The notes beneath the pieces are model-generated. The model was not told the DNA's origin, did not search any database, and was given only the letters and a program-made list of their open reading frames with translations. A DNA stretch of 64,000 bases from Raillietiella orientalis. Its lineage: Eukaryota. The stretch is from assembly GCA_036172245.1 (NCBI GenBank), contig JAYWIR010000012.1, positions 868,001 to 932,000 on the forward strand, in the 5' to 3' direction. The translations under genes were made by a program, and so were the position numbers. Below, one piece after another: positions 12,414-26,007 of the stretch (its first letter is position 1; the number at the start of each line of letters is the position of its first letter).

Positions 12414-14150
12414 GAAACGGACGCTCCGCACCGCCCCCGTCACCCTGCCTCGGACCAGGAATGCTACTCCGCAAGTATTTTGGGAACCTTGCCACCAATG
12501 GAACGTCTTGCCTTCGCGACCTTCGAGATCGGCCACTTGCTGTTCGGAGATGTCGTGAATCCCCTGTAGCAGGACAGATCGAAGTCGCGCAAGACGTTAG
12601 CTACCAAACGCCTCTTCTCGGTGTCCTGCAGCCGGTTGACGTTCCAACAGGCCACGCGGACGCGTCGAGAAGATCCGAGCCCGCGCATCACTACTCCGGA
12701 CATGGCGTCGGATTTCTCGCCCGTCCGACGATGCATCAGCCGGGAGCGCGTCAGATTGGGGAGAGGAACCTCACCCGTTCTCCGCCGCGCCGCACTCGGC
12801 TTGCTCTGTGGAGTCGAGGAGCATTGCCTCGGGCTTCGAGGAGCTTCGGGAACCGTTTCCGGCATCAGGCTCGCGCCTGGAAACCTTTGGCTTGCGCCCA
12901 GCTTCAGGTTGCCCCGGGGCTTCGCACACTTTCGCGCTGCCGTCGTACTCCACCCTGGAGTCGGAATGCCACGCGCAAGACAGGTGTTTGGCCTGCTTTT
13001 TTCCTTGCTGGCAGCTCGATGCTCTTCCAGCGTTCGCAGAGGGGTGCGATAGGAGCTGTTGCGTGTTTCAATACCTCTGCGTTAGCTGCTCCGCTCTCGC
13101 TGAGGGCGGAAGCGATGGGACACGCAGCCGCGACTTTAGCTGCTTTTTGACCGCACCTACCTTGAGGATGGGGAAATGGGAAGGATCCCTTTTGTTTTTC
13201 TCCTTCCTCTGTTTTCCCTTCACAAGGGTTCATCCAGCATTGACATCCTTGGTTGGGCCGGCGCTGAACACGAGATCCTTTAAGATCCTTGGCCCTCTCT
13301 CAAGAGGCTCCTTCTTGGCGTTCGCGGATAGGAGCGGTTTCGCCCCAGTTGCCTTTTGCTCCTTCTTACCGAATGATGCAGGCAAAGTGGCGGAATTGTC
13401 CGGGGTCACGCGATGCTTTGTAGCCCTTTTCGCGGCTTAGCTCGCCGTGGACGGATTGCCTTTAGCGTACGAAGGGGCGCGCGATCCCTTATTGGCGGCT
13501 CTGTTTGACTTACCGCGCGTACCATCGTCATTTCGCTCCGGAGCGGGAACGGACGGGAACGGTTGCGCAGCCTTTGTCCGGATGTTTTCGGCAGGTTGCA
13601 TCGCGCGGGGCTTGCTGTTAGCAGCGTGAAGTGGCCGAGCATCTTGCAGTAGCAGCAACTGCAGGTGGTGCACTTCTACGGACGGTGGCCCTTCTTGCCG
13701 CAGTTGTTGCATACCGGTTTCTGTCCGGCAAACCTTAAAAACACGACCGCATCCAGCTTTCTGTTCTCCATGGTGACGCACGCCGTGGCCAGTCCTCGAT
13801 GAAGGCAGGGAACCTTGTTTACCAGGTTCGCGCCCCTCCAGAACGCCTCCGGTGTGGGTGTAACTGTTGAGGCACACGCTGCACGCATCCGAGGTTCTAC
13901 CTTACATCACCTCCATAAGTAAGATACTGTTATTGTGGTGGGGATGCGAGAGCACAGTTCTTGGTTCAGGTCTCCATCTGATGGAGAATTTATGCTCACA
14001 GGATAAAGCAAAGAAAAGATTTGCCTCGAATCTCTCATTCTTGATGCCTTTTCGGGAGACAGGTGTTATATTCAAAAGCTTCAAAGGTCATGCTAATCCT
14101 TGCGTGTGGAGCACGACAATCCAAGAAACAAAAAGATTTCTTCTCTAAAG
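12414..14150 (-). mobile_element. Tx1-like 5' fragment (ORF1 plus APE start)
   Basis: FLRFAGQKPVCNNCGKKGH knuckle; RVACWNVNRL..FDL; GVAFLV. Confidence 0.8.
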
Positions 14151-15139
14151 TGATTTCATCCGCAGAAAGGACGTTGCGAGAAGAGAAACGAACATTCGCG
14201 TATCCTTTGCTTACTAGGGCTTCTATGACACTGGAAGATGGGTTGTGGGGATACTTGAAAGTATTGAAAAGTAGAATTTTGGTGGAGGAAGATGAGGATC
14301 CGTGGAGGCAAGGGGTAGGTGGACGGTTCCAAACAAATGAATAAAGGTAAGCGTAATGAATAGGAAATCAGCATTTGGTGCGTGAGTTCGCTGTTCACTG
14401 AAGATGCTATGTAGGGAACGCTGATAAGAACGCTTCTTAGGTGAACAAGGCAGAAAACGATGGAATACCATGATGGCATAAAAAAATGAGTGAAGCAGAT
14501 GTGAGTAGTCAGGCAATGGTGCGTTCGAATGGTATGCTTCAAAGGTAAGTATGAAAAGGTTGTGATTGTGTATGCTTAATTTCAGCTTCAGCTGACCTGG
14601 TTGAGATGCTGTTTTGGAAGTAGAGATGGTGCAAATGATGAGAGGAATGGAAACAATGGTTGTAAAGATTCGCATTAGCATCGGGCATAATCAAGACACT
14701 TTCTAGAAGCTTCAAATAATGGTCATGGAAATGCTAGGATGTTCTTCTCTCTGTGGAGCCGTCCGTTACTGCTAATAATTCTGTGAGAATGTTGGCAGTG
14801 TTTAAAGTAGATGAGAGGGTATTGAGTGGTCGATCTTGATTCGAGGTTGTTGTCTAGAGGAAATGAGATTTTTTCTTTGCGTCAGAAAGACTCGCTTCAT
14901 TCTTCGCACCACTTTCTTGTGCAGTGCGAAGTGCAGCTCTACCCAAGGTAGTCACTTCACTTGTGCAGACAGATCTGTGAGTCCCCAGGAGAAGTAGGGA
15001 ATCTTGCTGGGAAACCGAGACGCTGCGAGACGACGTAGCTCTCGTACTAAGAGGAACCTGCGAGGAGAACTTTCTGCCATGAACACGGGCATATTATTCT
15101 CTCTGGCTCTGCCTGCTCTTCCTGCTTTTTCTTCTTGAT

Positions 15140-17500
15140 TTATTAACTGTTATTTAGTTCACTGGAGATTAACTGCAGGACTGCCCTGCTCTCATGATGT
15201 AGTCATTGGGGTCGCTTGCATCGTCGGGTGAATGCCCCAGTCCGTGTGTCCAGTAGATGTCCCTGCTGGCCCTTATGCAGCAGGATACGGCCAGTTTCCT
15301 CAGTTTTTTGGTGCTCTTTTCCTTGGTTGCCAATAATCTTAGCGAAACATCATTTTGGGGATCCCATGATCCTATTGTCCCCACGATGAGGCATGCATGA
15401 TAGCTGTGCGACCGGTCTGGTTCATCACGTGGATCGAGTTTTCGTATTTTTCTTCTTTTTTCTGATGTGCTTCAGAGAGGTTTTCCTTGCCCTGAGATAG
15501 GCAGTTAACGTATACGATGATTGACATTTCGTATTTTTTGAAAATTAAATTCCGTTTTAGCAGAAAGTCCACTCCAGGAAGCATTTGGCCCGCTGATATG
15601 AGCTTGCATCCTCCTACCTTCGTGGCAACTCCTTGCAGTCTCAGCACGATTGCATTATGTCTGGCGATGTACATGGGGAGATGCATCACGCAATGGTTTA
15701 ATATGTGTGGCAGTGTTTCATCCCGGCAGTTACATCTTCGGCACAGACAATCGGCTGGCAGTCTTCTTTCTGCTCCTCTAATTGGTGGGCATTGGATGGA
15801 TGTATTGGATGAAGGCATGGATGGAGTAGAGACTTCTATCTGCAAGAGGGACACCTGTGAGAATCGGGTGATTCGTTCTTCTCCATAGCGCGAGCCGTTT
15901 CGTGTGAAGTGGTCCACGTCCAGACCACGGAAGCAGAAGAGACAGATCAAAAAAAAGTTTCTCTCGCCCCTCATGCGAAAGAAGCAAGCAAGTTCCGTGC
16001 AGGATTTTTCCAGCAAGTCTCACATTTTCTGATGGCTGCCTCGTGCGCGATACCCTCTCTATGAAAAAAATAGAGGTAGTAAAATGCTAATTGCAGTCAT
16101 TTGGTGACTTCACATTTTGAGCTTTGAAATTTGAAGAGCGAGTTAGGTGAGTAGCCAATAAACGACGAGACAAAGCGAGCGCATGAAGCAACGAATAAAT
16201 GGCAATTCGGACCATGTGACGGTCCTCTTTATGATTTTTGATGAAATACCTCTTCCGCTTGAAGAGAATGAGAAGTTCCTATTAAATGAACATGGATGCA
16301 CAACCAGAGCACAGTTCTGGATGTGATTTGTGCACAATTTTCGTGGTTCAGTGCTCCCTGAATGCGAAGAGGAGTCCAAGTATTATTGGTGAGGGACCCA
16401 AGAGGAAGTTTCAGATAGCAATAAACGCGCCTCCGCAAGCGTCTTCGGTTACGATGTTGCCCGTGCACAAAGCATATTCGCCCAAGATGCAGTAGGGATG
16501 CCAATAAGCCTAAGTAACTTAACGACGATGCGACGGTTGCCTTAGACTCTGGAGCGCTGTTCAAGTGATATGCTTTCTCGCTCCCGCATTCACGTGATAA
16601 CTTCTGGAAGCTCTGCACTGCGTGCGGACTGCTGCGAGCATGGATGGCAATCTCAACTAGTTTGTTATGCGATCTCAAAACCTTCATTTTTAGGATCGAG
16701 CAAAGTGCATCTTCGAAGAAGAATCAGAGCAGTATCTCTTTGAGGGTGGCAACCCCATAGGAGTCTTGGTATCTCGGGTAGCTGTGGCAACTGTGTAGGT
16801 TGGTGCGTTTGAGGAACACGAGAGCACTGTCTTCTCACGTTACAAAGCTGCGGTTGCACAGCGCACCAGGTCCCCAGTTCAAGATGCGCGTGAAGCACGA
16901 CGAGGAAAACCAAGGTGTCGTTCATAGGAAAGGCAGTGAAAGCCAGTGCTCGTAGGGATTTTAAGAATCCTGCCCAACAGTGCAGGATTCTCATGTGATC
17001 ATTCGGATTCACATTCTTCTTCATCCAGGCTGCCTTCCACCTGCTATGGAACTTTTAGATCTTGACATTCCTAAAGAGAAACACCCTCCGGGCTAGTTGA
17101 TAGCAGTGTTTGCTACTTATACTCAGTGTTGAAGATGAAAACGGAAGTAACAAACATGCAGTAGGCTGCACATTCCGAGGGAAATGAACGATATGTGCGT
17201 GTCACTCCGCAACAGCTCGGTCGCACGCGACAGCAAGTGCTTTCTCCCAGTCGCTGCCACGCTCATCGGTAGGCATCGCTGCTGTCACGGGAAAGTCACA
17301 GGAAGCTTGCACGCGCGCCTGAAGAACACGTGTGCTCCTTTGATGTTCTCTTCACCCGTTGATTGCAGCCGTGGCACTGGCTGCATGAGGAACATTGAAA
17401 TTCCAGGAGGGCAGCCTGCATCTTGGAATCCATAGCTGTATGTTCTCACAGAAAATCTTGTCTGCTGCCGGCGGCTTGCAGGAAGTTGTGATGAGAGCGT
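15140..17500 (-). mobile_element. Degraded RLE-type (Utopia/NeSL-like) element, 3' part
   Basis: CRRCNCRDETLPHILNHC..RHNAIV; GTIGSWDPQND; SRDIYWTH; upstream limit approximate. Confidence 0.75.
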
Positions 17501-18736
17501 CTGCATTGGTAAGCTAAGGTTTGTATTGCATCTCGGATATGGAGAGTTCTGAAGCGCACTCTCGGCACGTCACTTTGTGGACCGGAACACCGGTTTGCAG
17601 CCTCACTCCCCGTATCGGCGGCGTCTTCAAGAGAATTCGTTGCCGATGTGAATATCGCGGGAGATTTGGTACGAATGCGGACAGATCAGTTGTATTTTGC
17701 AGGGTCTCCGCACGTCCGCAGGGAGTTTCGTTTTCGAATTCTTCACCTGGAAGACACCACGGTGCCCCACGAATTCTCCACCGCCGACAGTGCATTTCTC
17801 CTGTGCGCGAAGGGAGATGTCCGTTCGTTTCGTGTGCTGTGCAGTGCGCTCCTTTGCGGGAAAATGTCCGCTTCCGACTCGATGTCAGCCGAGCTTCAAG
17901 AATGAGGAAACGTGGGAGCGGTTATTGGAATTCGCTGAAGCTATCGGGAATTCACCCCATTAGGCACGAGATTGTCGTACAGCGCTGTGTTCGCTGTCTC
18001 CCTTTGGGAATTTGTTTTGAACCACGTGAACGAATGCAAGAAAATCATTCTTCTCGGTGAATTCCAGACTTCTCAGGTGTCACAGGAAAAAAGCAAAGGA
18101 ATTTGGAGAATACGACAACCCCAAGGAGAGCTTGATATCTCTGATAACTGTGACCACTTCTCAGGGAGTCATTCGATGATCGAACAATCAGCGCTGCGGA
18201 CCGGTGGTTGAGTGCACTCTTAAAGTTCAAGCATCATTCCCATCAGTTCAGAGATCCTCCAGACCACATGAAAAAATTGTCCTAGCTATAGAACGGATCA
18301 CAACAATCTATGGATAGTTGACCAGTGCTCAGCCATCCTCTAATCGACAGCCCAGACGTATACGACTTCAAATAACGTACAAACAAAATCGACCAGCTTA
18401 CTGCCTTCATGCTACCACCCAATCACATCCCTACTATTGGTTTGTAATTCATCGTAGTCAGTGAATCACTAAATTGCTAATCATCACTTCATAACAGTTC
18501 ACACCTTAATGTTTACGCACTGAAGCTCTCCTTCACAGAGTTTGTTGTCATTTCCATTAGCTCCAGCATCAGGATTTCAAAACGGTTCTCTAGGCGCGGA
18601 GCGCAGAAGTCCTTCTCGAGGACTCGGACCCTCCAAGAGTCCCGCGATTCGATCGTACGATTCGAGAGTTCGTACGTTTTCCCTTTACCGCGACTTGGGG
18701 AGAAATGAGGGGCTGGAACAAAATGCAGGCACGCAT

Positions 18737-19283
18737 GGATTTTCATCGGGGTTCGCTGGTGCCGGTGCGTTTATTTGTTAAAAATATTCATTACAAAGGT
18801 TGTAGGGCCATTGGCCCTATAACGTTATGATTTATGAAGCTTGCTGAGAATTCGGTGCGCGGACCGGCGACGGTGTCCTGGACGTCAGGGGGAAAGGAGA
18901 AAACAAAAGAAACAAGAATAAAAATATAATTGAAATGAATTCCCGGCGGTCGGAGCAATGAGTTACAGCCTGCCAGGGACCGTCCTTTGCATCCTCTGGA
19001 GGGTGCCAGTGAGTTTCTGCGGCACGTTTCCAACGCCTGTGGCACCACCTCGTCGCTCTTTGCAAAAAGCGTAGGGCCAAGCGTAGGGCAAGCTCTTGGC
19101 ATGGTCTCCTCCCCTGGAGCCGCTCTAGGGCGCCACAGCGAAGGGGTGATAGGGATGCGGCCGGTGGCAACGCATCAGCGCGTAGAGGCGTTCCCTGCTT
19201 CTCTAGGATTGCCACGTGACATACGGAAGGTCTTTTCTGAGGAAGGTTTCCGCAAGGATCGCAGGGCAATGCAGCTCACGATC
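18737..19283 (-). mobile_element. Tx1-like 3' end fragment
   Basis: Degraded ORF2 C-terminus, T-rich UTR, terminal motif AATAAACGCACCGG...CCCCGATGAAAATCC. Confidence 0.7.
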
Positions 19284-19520
19284 ATTTCCACCTGGTCACC
19301 CCCGGGAGCGTTAATTGAATGAAAATGAATAAACTAGTCGGCTCCCAGCCGAAAGCAAAAGTTCAAAGGGTGGACTCACCGGCACGCAGGTCGGCACATC
19401 TCAAAATAGGGCACAGAAGAAAGAGAACAATAAATAAATGGAAGGTGTTCACCGATTTCGTCCGTTCCTGCTTTTGAGAAGCATCTATCTGCTGGTCCGC
19501 AGTCCGCCCACCCAGAGCCC
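19284..19520 (-). mobile_element. Tx1-like 3' end fragment
   Basis: Terminal motif AATTAACGCTCCCGGGGGTGACCAGGTGGAAAT preceded by T-rich UTR. Confidence 0.6.
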
Positions 19521-19622
19521 TCTACGTTGAGGCAGTCTTACAAAGGAGTTTCCATTTAAAGACGCATGGGGCCACGGCGAGGGAAGTTCTTTCCGCCCAC
19601 GTACGTTTGGTAGGATGCAAAT

Positions 19623-20000
19623 GGATTATCATCCGGGTGCGTTAGGGCGTTTATTCCATATAAAACCAAACATTTATAATCTCTGTGGCTTGACCATGGT
19701 CCAATCACTTGCTCCACGAACAGACCTGCCGCTTTACCAGTCACAGGCTGGTGTGATCCACTACGGCAGCAGAGGGAAGGGAGCAAACAAAAAAGAAAAA
19801 GAAAAAGAAGTAAACTTTGGGGGGGGGAGGGGGAGGGAAGGGACCACGTTCTGCTGGGGACAATTTTTTACATCATTTGGAGGGTGCCGGAAAATCTTGC
19901 AGGATGCTGTTTCCCAGGTGGGGCCATCTTATCGCCATCATCATGAAACTGGCGGCGAAGTGGATATGGCAGCCCTGTCGCTCGCTCTTCCTCTTGCATA
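19623..20000 (-). mobile_element. Tx1-like 3' end fragment
   Basis: Terminal motif AATAAACGCCCTAACGCACCCGGATGATAATCC; C-rich then T-rich UTR as in other copies. Confidence 0.7.
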
Positions 20001-23000
20001 GCTTCAAGCAGCTACGATTCTCGTAGTCAGCAGAAAGTTGCTAGAGAGACTTCGGCCAAAGGGAGTCGCGTAGGAAGAGGGACTGTAAAGCGTCGCTGGT
20101 GTCGCCGTCGGGAATTCATAGGATAGGGATGCACTTGGAGGTGAATTGAGGGAAATCGGCGGTGGCGATTGACCAGAGGCATGGGTTTCTTTGGTCGTGT
20201 TTATTGGCTCTTCTCTGAAGCACCTGCGAGCGCCCGTGGGTGCACTGGTCGTACGAATCGCGCGAATACAGAAAGTAGGGCGGCTCCTTTGGCTGGCGTT
20301 CACTGGAGTGAGAGTGGCCACGATTCGCGTTGATTTCCTTTTCCTTCCTCTCTTGTTCTCTTGCTCTCTCACTCACGAAATCCAGCACGGCGCTGGCAGC
20401 GTCCTTCGGGAACAGCGTGGATCGTCGGATCTTGCCTGAGGCTGAAAAGTCTTTCCCTCCACAACACGCGACCGGGTGCGCTCTCCCTGTACCGGATGAA
20501 ACCAACGCCGCCTGGCACCAACGGGTAGCGGCTGGCACTGGTGATAGACCACGTAAGCGTGCTAGGGCACTGATGACAGACCATGGTGGTGTGCGCTGGC
20601 TGCGGCCCATACGAGGGCCGCCGAAGTTGAGGAAGTCGGTCCTCCGTCGAGTGCAGGTACCTGGCGCCCTGGCAACTCTCGGAGTGTTTCCCCTGTACCG
20701 GTTCGCCGACCCTTCTGTGAGCCCCGATTGACCCTTCGTTAGAAGGGCAAAGAACAGAGTCCGAAGACAGAATGCAGTGGATATGTATTTGCGCCTCACA
20801 TGCACCCCTTCGGAGATCGTGTGATTCGTCCAACATGTGGAGGGTGCCTAGTTTGGCGCCTCACTTAGAAACGGTTGCAGCTGGGCACGACTTTCCTGCT
20901 ACCCATCGCAGCCAAGACTGCCTCTCGTGAAAACGACAGCGCTGCACTCTGATGAAGAACAGGGCTCGGCCGAAATCCCTTTGTCGCCCTCCTTCCTGTC
21001 AGCTTTTCTTTCCTTTCCTTCTCCTCACTCTTTTTGCTTTTTGGAGCTCTTGTCCGAGAGATTTTTGAGGAACTTCCAGACTGAACACTCGAGGTCCGGA
21101 ATCCTCTTAGAAGACTTTGCGGCGAATTGAGCTGAATCGGAACTGAAGTTCAGAACTGGCGCAGTGGCCAAATTGTGAAATGGCAGCTGGTGTGCGCCTT
21201 GGCTCTCTGTTCCCTACATGCGGTCGACTGCAGACGATGTGTTTCGCTCCCCAAGAGAAAGATCAAGAGGATGGAAGTGCTCAGCTGCTTGAAGTTCGTG
21301 TCATACTGCCGGAGAAGCGTGATTAAATCTTTCTCTGCATAGATTCCAACGAGCAGTTAGAAGGTAAACTGCAGCGACTGGCTGTAAGAGGCGACTGATA
21401 CTTCGGCGAGTCCCAAGGAATGGTGGTCTGAGGAGATTGGTTCTTTGACTTCCCTCAGAATGGTGCAGGAGACTAAAACGACAAGAACGGCCGAACCACC
21501 AGATCGGGATCAGATGTGTTGCAGAATTATGTAGTGGGACGACACGCTTGCGCACGTAATAAACCACCACCCTCGACCTTCTGATCGCTCCGTGCAATGC
21601 CACGGTACTATCGTCGTCAACCTCACCAAAAATGCCATGGATGGAAGATGGGAAATTTCTCGAGAAAGGACGACGAAGACACTGACTGGCTTCAGTCACA
21701 GGACATCCTGAAGAGGTTGGAATACGATTCGTGACCTGGTGTGTCCCTTCGACAGCATTCTAGGAGAACTCGGACCGGCACTGGACAGCACCGAATGCAA
21801 GAGTCAAGGTGTTGCTCTCCACATTTCCTCCAGGAACATCACTGTGCGTGATTATTGTGATGCCCGTGGGATCTTGATGCCAGCCGACAATCATATGACG
21901 AGATGTCTAGAAATCTTAGATCAATGCCGCGAGGAAGTTTCAGGCACAGCTAACCAAAATACCACTCCGTCATACCGTCGACCTTTTGCTTTTGATGAAC
22001 CGACTGGCACCTTGCAAGAGCAAGATGCAAGAGCGGAAGGATCCAATATGCATGAGGATATCAGCTTCAAGCTTCAAGCTTCCAACGAGCATTTTCCTGG
22101 GATCTCCCTGAGAAAGCACACCGCAAGCAGAGTAGCAGACTGCAGAGTCGAAGACGAGGACCCTATGCAGCTCTTTGAACGAGGCTCTTGCATTCATCAG
22201 ACTCTGCGGCCCATCCATCCAGCGTCGGAGGCCAGGAATCAAAGCCAAACCGCGACAATAGCCCCTTGTCCTACTGATTACGCTGCTTGCGAGCTGAAAC
22301 GCGTAATGTTTCGGGAGGTGGTGTGGAACGGGATGACAAGGCGGGATATCGGCAGACTGCCTCGCTAGGCAAAACCGAGGATGGAATCTCGGTCGATGGG
22401 AAGGCAGCGACGCCTTCGCCTTTTTCTTCTCATGGCCTATCAATCCATTCCGATGAAATGACCGGAGACATACTGGGAAGGAACGGTTACGGCTGAAGGG
22501 AGAAGGCGGCGTGGACAATCTCGCAAAAGGCGGAACTACTCCGGAGTGAGCTGTCTCCAAATGGTTGCTATGGAAAATGACTGAAATATCACTGCTGCGT
22601 CATGGAAGAAGTTTCAGTTATCAACCGGATGCATACGGTGAAGAAATCAGGTGATGATCTTTTGTGATTGAGAATTGAAGATCTGCTCGAGCTGGTGGTC
22701 TTCCTAATACAATGTGCGCACCATCGCAGCCGAGATCGCCTCTCGTGAAGACAACGGCGCCGCACTCTGATGAAGAACGCCTGTTGTACCCATTCCGAAT
22801 CTGAGAATTCGCCACTCAAAGGTTTCCATTTTTCTTAGTGTGTCGCTGCTTCACCACCTAGGGACATCAATACTTCCGGACGATGCTGCCACTTTCGAGG
22901 TCACCAGCCTCTTGCCGCCCCATTCCTTCCAGAGAGTGCGTTCGACGTAGTGAGGAAAAGGATCTCTGTATTTGGACTCAGGACGGACCAGAAGCATGGA

Positions 23001-23425
23001 GTGCGCTTCCTTTTGACTTGATTTGTAACAAATTGTTGCCCTATGTCTCCGAAGGACTCTCAGTCCAGGTTGGAAGACCACGGAGCCGTCCGTTCTCCAA
23101 TGAGTCATCCCTGAGTGTCTCACCCGGATCCTGAACCAAGCAGTGTCGTACCGCTTGGGAAAACTCGAAGCCCCGATGCAGTCACAGAGGACGTGTCTGT
23201 CCAGTCCTCCTTGCTGATTCCAGTCTTGTTCCTCGATCGGGTGGAGGTGCCCACAAGATTCCGTGGCGCGCTGATGAAACGATTCAAAAGTCGCAGTCGG
23301 CGCGGCAGCCATCGGTTCGCGTTCTAGCTCATTCTGTTGCTGAAACTGTTGCTATGGTTCCTTCCTTTCAGTCCGCGAACGGAGGGAGGGAGGAGGGTGA
23401 AAACGGATGCGCGGAATGCGCGAGT

Positions 23426-24019
23426 TTATTCAACTAACGGCTTTTGGTAGGCAGGGGGGAGTGGGTTCCCAGCTCCGGGTTCTTCGTTGTCAAATCCATA
23501 GGGTTCGAAATTTCGAAGTCCGGGCCTTTTGTATGATAAAATCTTCCAGTAGAGCAGCGCCATTGCAACAAGCGACATGGCTTCCGGGAATTCGGGACCT
23601 TCGATTCCTAGAAGCCTGTGGAAATGCTGCAAAAGCCGGATGCTATCGAATTGCATCCTGTCAAACGCTCTGTACAAATCTAGAATTCGCAGGAACCCGT
23701 GCCTTTGGAACGCAGCTCGCATCTCTGAATTCATTCCCGGGATGGCTCCGATGTCATCCCAAAGATTCCCTGAGCTGGAGAAATTCCAAAACGCTTGGGA
23801 AGTGAAGATGGAATGGCTTCTGGCATCCTCCAGCACGCATTCGTATAACATCTGCATCTCAGACAAGTCCCTCTGCAAATCTTCAGTGGTCACTCCCGGA
23901 TCTTCAAAACGGGTGGTCATTGCTGAAGAAGAACGTGGAGGGTCCCCCTTTTCAAAGAGCTTCTTCAGAAAGATCTGCGACGTCTCTCTTGAAGAAAAAT
24001 CCAAGAAGAATAAAAGCAT
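23426..24019 (-). CDS. Intronless 197 aa ORF containing a divergent BAF (barrier-to-autointegration factor)-like segment
   Basis: TSQAFWNF...IGAIPGM...RHGF...AF...D...LG aligns without gaps to BAF TSQKHRDF...VGSLAGI...ERGF...QF...D...CG (BAF sequence recalled from memory); ORF is intact. Confidence 0.55.
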   Translation of the reverse strand: MLLFFLDFSSRETSQIFLKKLFEKGDPPRSSSAMTTRFEDPGVTTEDLQRDLSEMQMLYECVLEDARSHSIFTSQAFWNFSSSGNLWDDIGAIPGMNSEMRAAFQRHGFLRILDLYRAFDRMQFDSIRLLQHFHRLLGIEGPEFPEAMSLVAMALLYWKILSYKRPGLRNFEPYGFDNEEPGAGNPLPPAYQKPLVE

Positions 24020-24088
24020 GAAGCCTTCAAGCTAACAAGTGAGTGGAAGCTGTTGTCTAGGAAATGGTTTTTATATGTTTGTTTTGGC

Positions 24089-24102
24089 TTTTTATATAAA
24101 AA
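24089..24102 (-). promoter_or_regulatory. Candidate TATA box of the BAF-like ORF
   Basis: TTTTTATATAAAAA about 70 nt upstream of ATG 24019. Confidence 0.35.
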
Positions 24103-25002
24103 ACTGCCTCTGAGGTAACTTCTCATACGCTTCAAATGCTTGGAGACCTCATCGATTCTTTCAGTTCAGCATGAGGTCAAATCTGCAATTTTCTTTTTCG
24201 AAAGTGCACTCGCCAAGATACGTTTTCAGCGCTTACTCTTTTCGGATCGGAACATTCGTGAATAAGTCGTGGTGCTCACAGACTGCTCGAAGACAAAAAC
24301 ACTTTTGCAAAAGGTCAAAGAGCAAGTGGTCTTCTATCTCCGAGGGATATCACACAACCTTCGCTGTACCACCACGATGTGCCACCTCTTGTCGGAGGAC
24401 TTGGTCTGCTGGAATGTAGGCTGCTGAATGTAGGTGCACCTCGATTTCGCTTCCTACTCCTCAGGAACTGCGCGTACACACAGCCACGGCCAATCGATCG
24501 TCGTCTAGGGAATGTGTTTCCTCACAGTGACCGGTGGATGAGTGTGGGGTCCATTCCAAACTCACTACAGATCAGCAGTTAACTCAGACAAACGCTTGAG
24601 AGGCGTGTCCACAGTGCAGCAGCGCAGCACCGAACTGCCTGCTCGGCCCTTTCCAAGTTTCCGCGTGCATGGCCTGGTGCGGAACAGTGGTTCTCACTAT
24701 TTCTTGGGCTGTCCTTGAAATGGAATTTTGGTCCAGAACCTGTTGTACCCATCCCGAAATGGACAAGCCCTGTCGTGACGTGAGTGGCTGCCACGCAGCC
24801 TCCTTTTTCCGTCTTCGGCCTCGACGATTGAAATACTGCTGTAGGATTGGGCCATCGTCCTGGCAGTTGTGCGCATACACAGAGCAGTACCTTCCCCCTA
24901 CGACAACCCACTGGATACTATGGTTCCATTTCTTTCCATCAGATGCTCCATCAGAGCACTGCAAGATGCTTCATCAGAAGGCATCTGTGAAAGGACCACA
25001 TA

Positions 25003-25237
25003 ATTGGTAGCCGTGTGGCTGCGTTGGCATCAAGTGTTGTGGGTTCCAATCCCACCCTGGAAAGGACCGGCGTGACAACGGAAGATGAGTCGTAGGTTTC
25101 CAGTCCCTCCCCGCAGTATGATGGTGGTTGGACCGTAGGTACTGATGGAAACCGGATGCCCTTTTTGACTGGCTGGTATCCGAGGTCTTCCCAGGAATCA
25201 TGGATTCCCAGGGCTCCCCTCCTGTTGTAAAATAACA
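25003..25237 (+). repeat. Putative tRNA-derived SINE, copy 1
   Basis: TAGCCGTGTGG (A-box-like), GGTTCCAATCC (B-box-like), tail CCAGGAATCATGG...GGCTCCCCTCCTGTTGT shared with copies at 45 kb. Confidence 0.55.
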
Positions 25238-26007
25238 AAATATTGCGCGGAGCAGTCAGTCGCTATCTGGTCGCACGAAGACGACCTCCTTGAGGCGCTC
25301 TTGGGTGACGCCGACACGCCCCCAGAGACTGGGCTGCCACGTTGAAGTTCGCCAAAGCTAAGAAGGCTGAGACGAGGGAGAGAGGAAGTGGATGATTCAC
25401 TGAATGGATGGTCTTCCACTCAACGCCCAGGCGATGAGTGTCGCTTTTCTTGGCACGGTACGGTACACCAGCCTGCTGGCTGGTGCGCCTCCTCCACGCG
25501 CTGCACACGGCAATGCAAAGCAGCGGCGAGCGTGAGATGAGGCTCCACTCAATTTTGGTATCGTCCTCCGGCCGTCTCTCCCTCACGTGAGTGCGCGCTA
25601 CTCCCACGCGTAAGCAGATACGCGAACAAACCCACGCAGGGACTGCTGTGTACCCACATTCCGATGAGAAGCCGATAGCCCATTCGAGCAGGATTCCTTC
25701 CCTCGTCATGCCAGGGCAACCGGGCGGCCTTCTGAAATAGCGAAGGGTCATCCACAGCTCTCTGATGGAGGGAGTAGCCCCTGGAACTCTGGAGGCAAGT
25801 CCAAAAATCCAGGGAGGCCCATTCTACCTCTCTGTGAGAGGGATGAACCAGCAGCCGAGAGGGAAGTCGACAGTGTAGGAACGGTAGATGAGAATCTCAT
25901 ATTCCCCGAAGCTGAGGAAGCAGCCCCCATGGAGCTGGGATTAGGTGACACCCCTGCTTTAGTCTCACCCGAATAGTTGCTGGAGCTGAAGCTCCAAATT
26001 CCCAGGA

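Noticed and set aside
14150..14950. Purine-skewed segment resembling an antisense LINE remnant
   Set aside because: No diagnostic motif could be recovered
20004..20900. Possible decayed Tx1 ORF1 on the minus strand
   Set aside because: Only faint resemblance (FIRYR, scattered Cys); knuckles are not intact
21300..23330. Possible LTR integrase or other transposon remnants, including ORF 21739-22368
   Set aside because: No clear DDE, RT or LTR features
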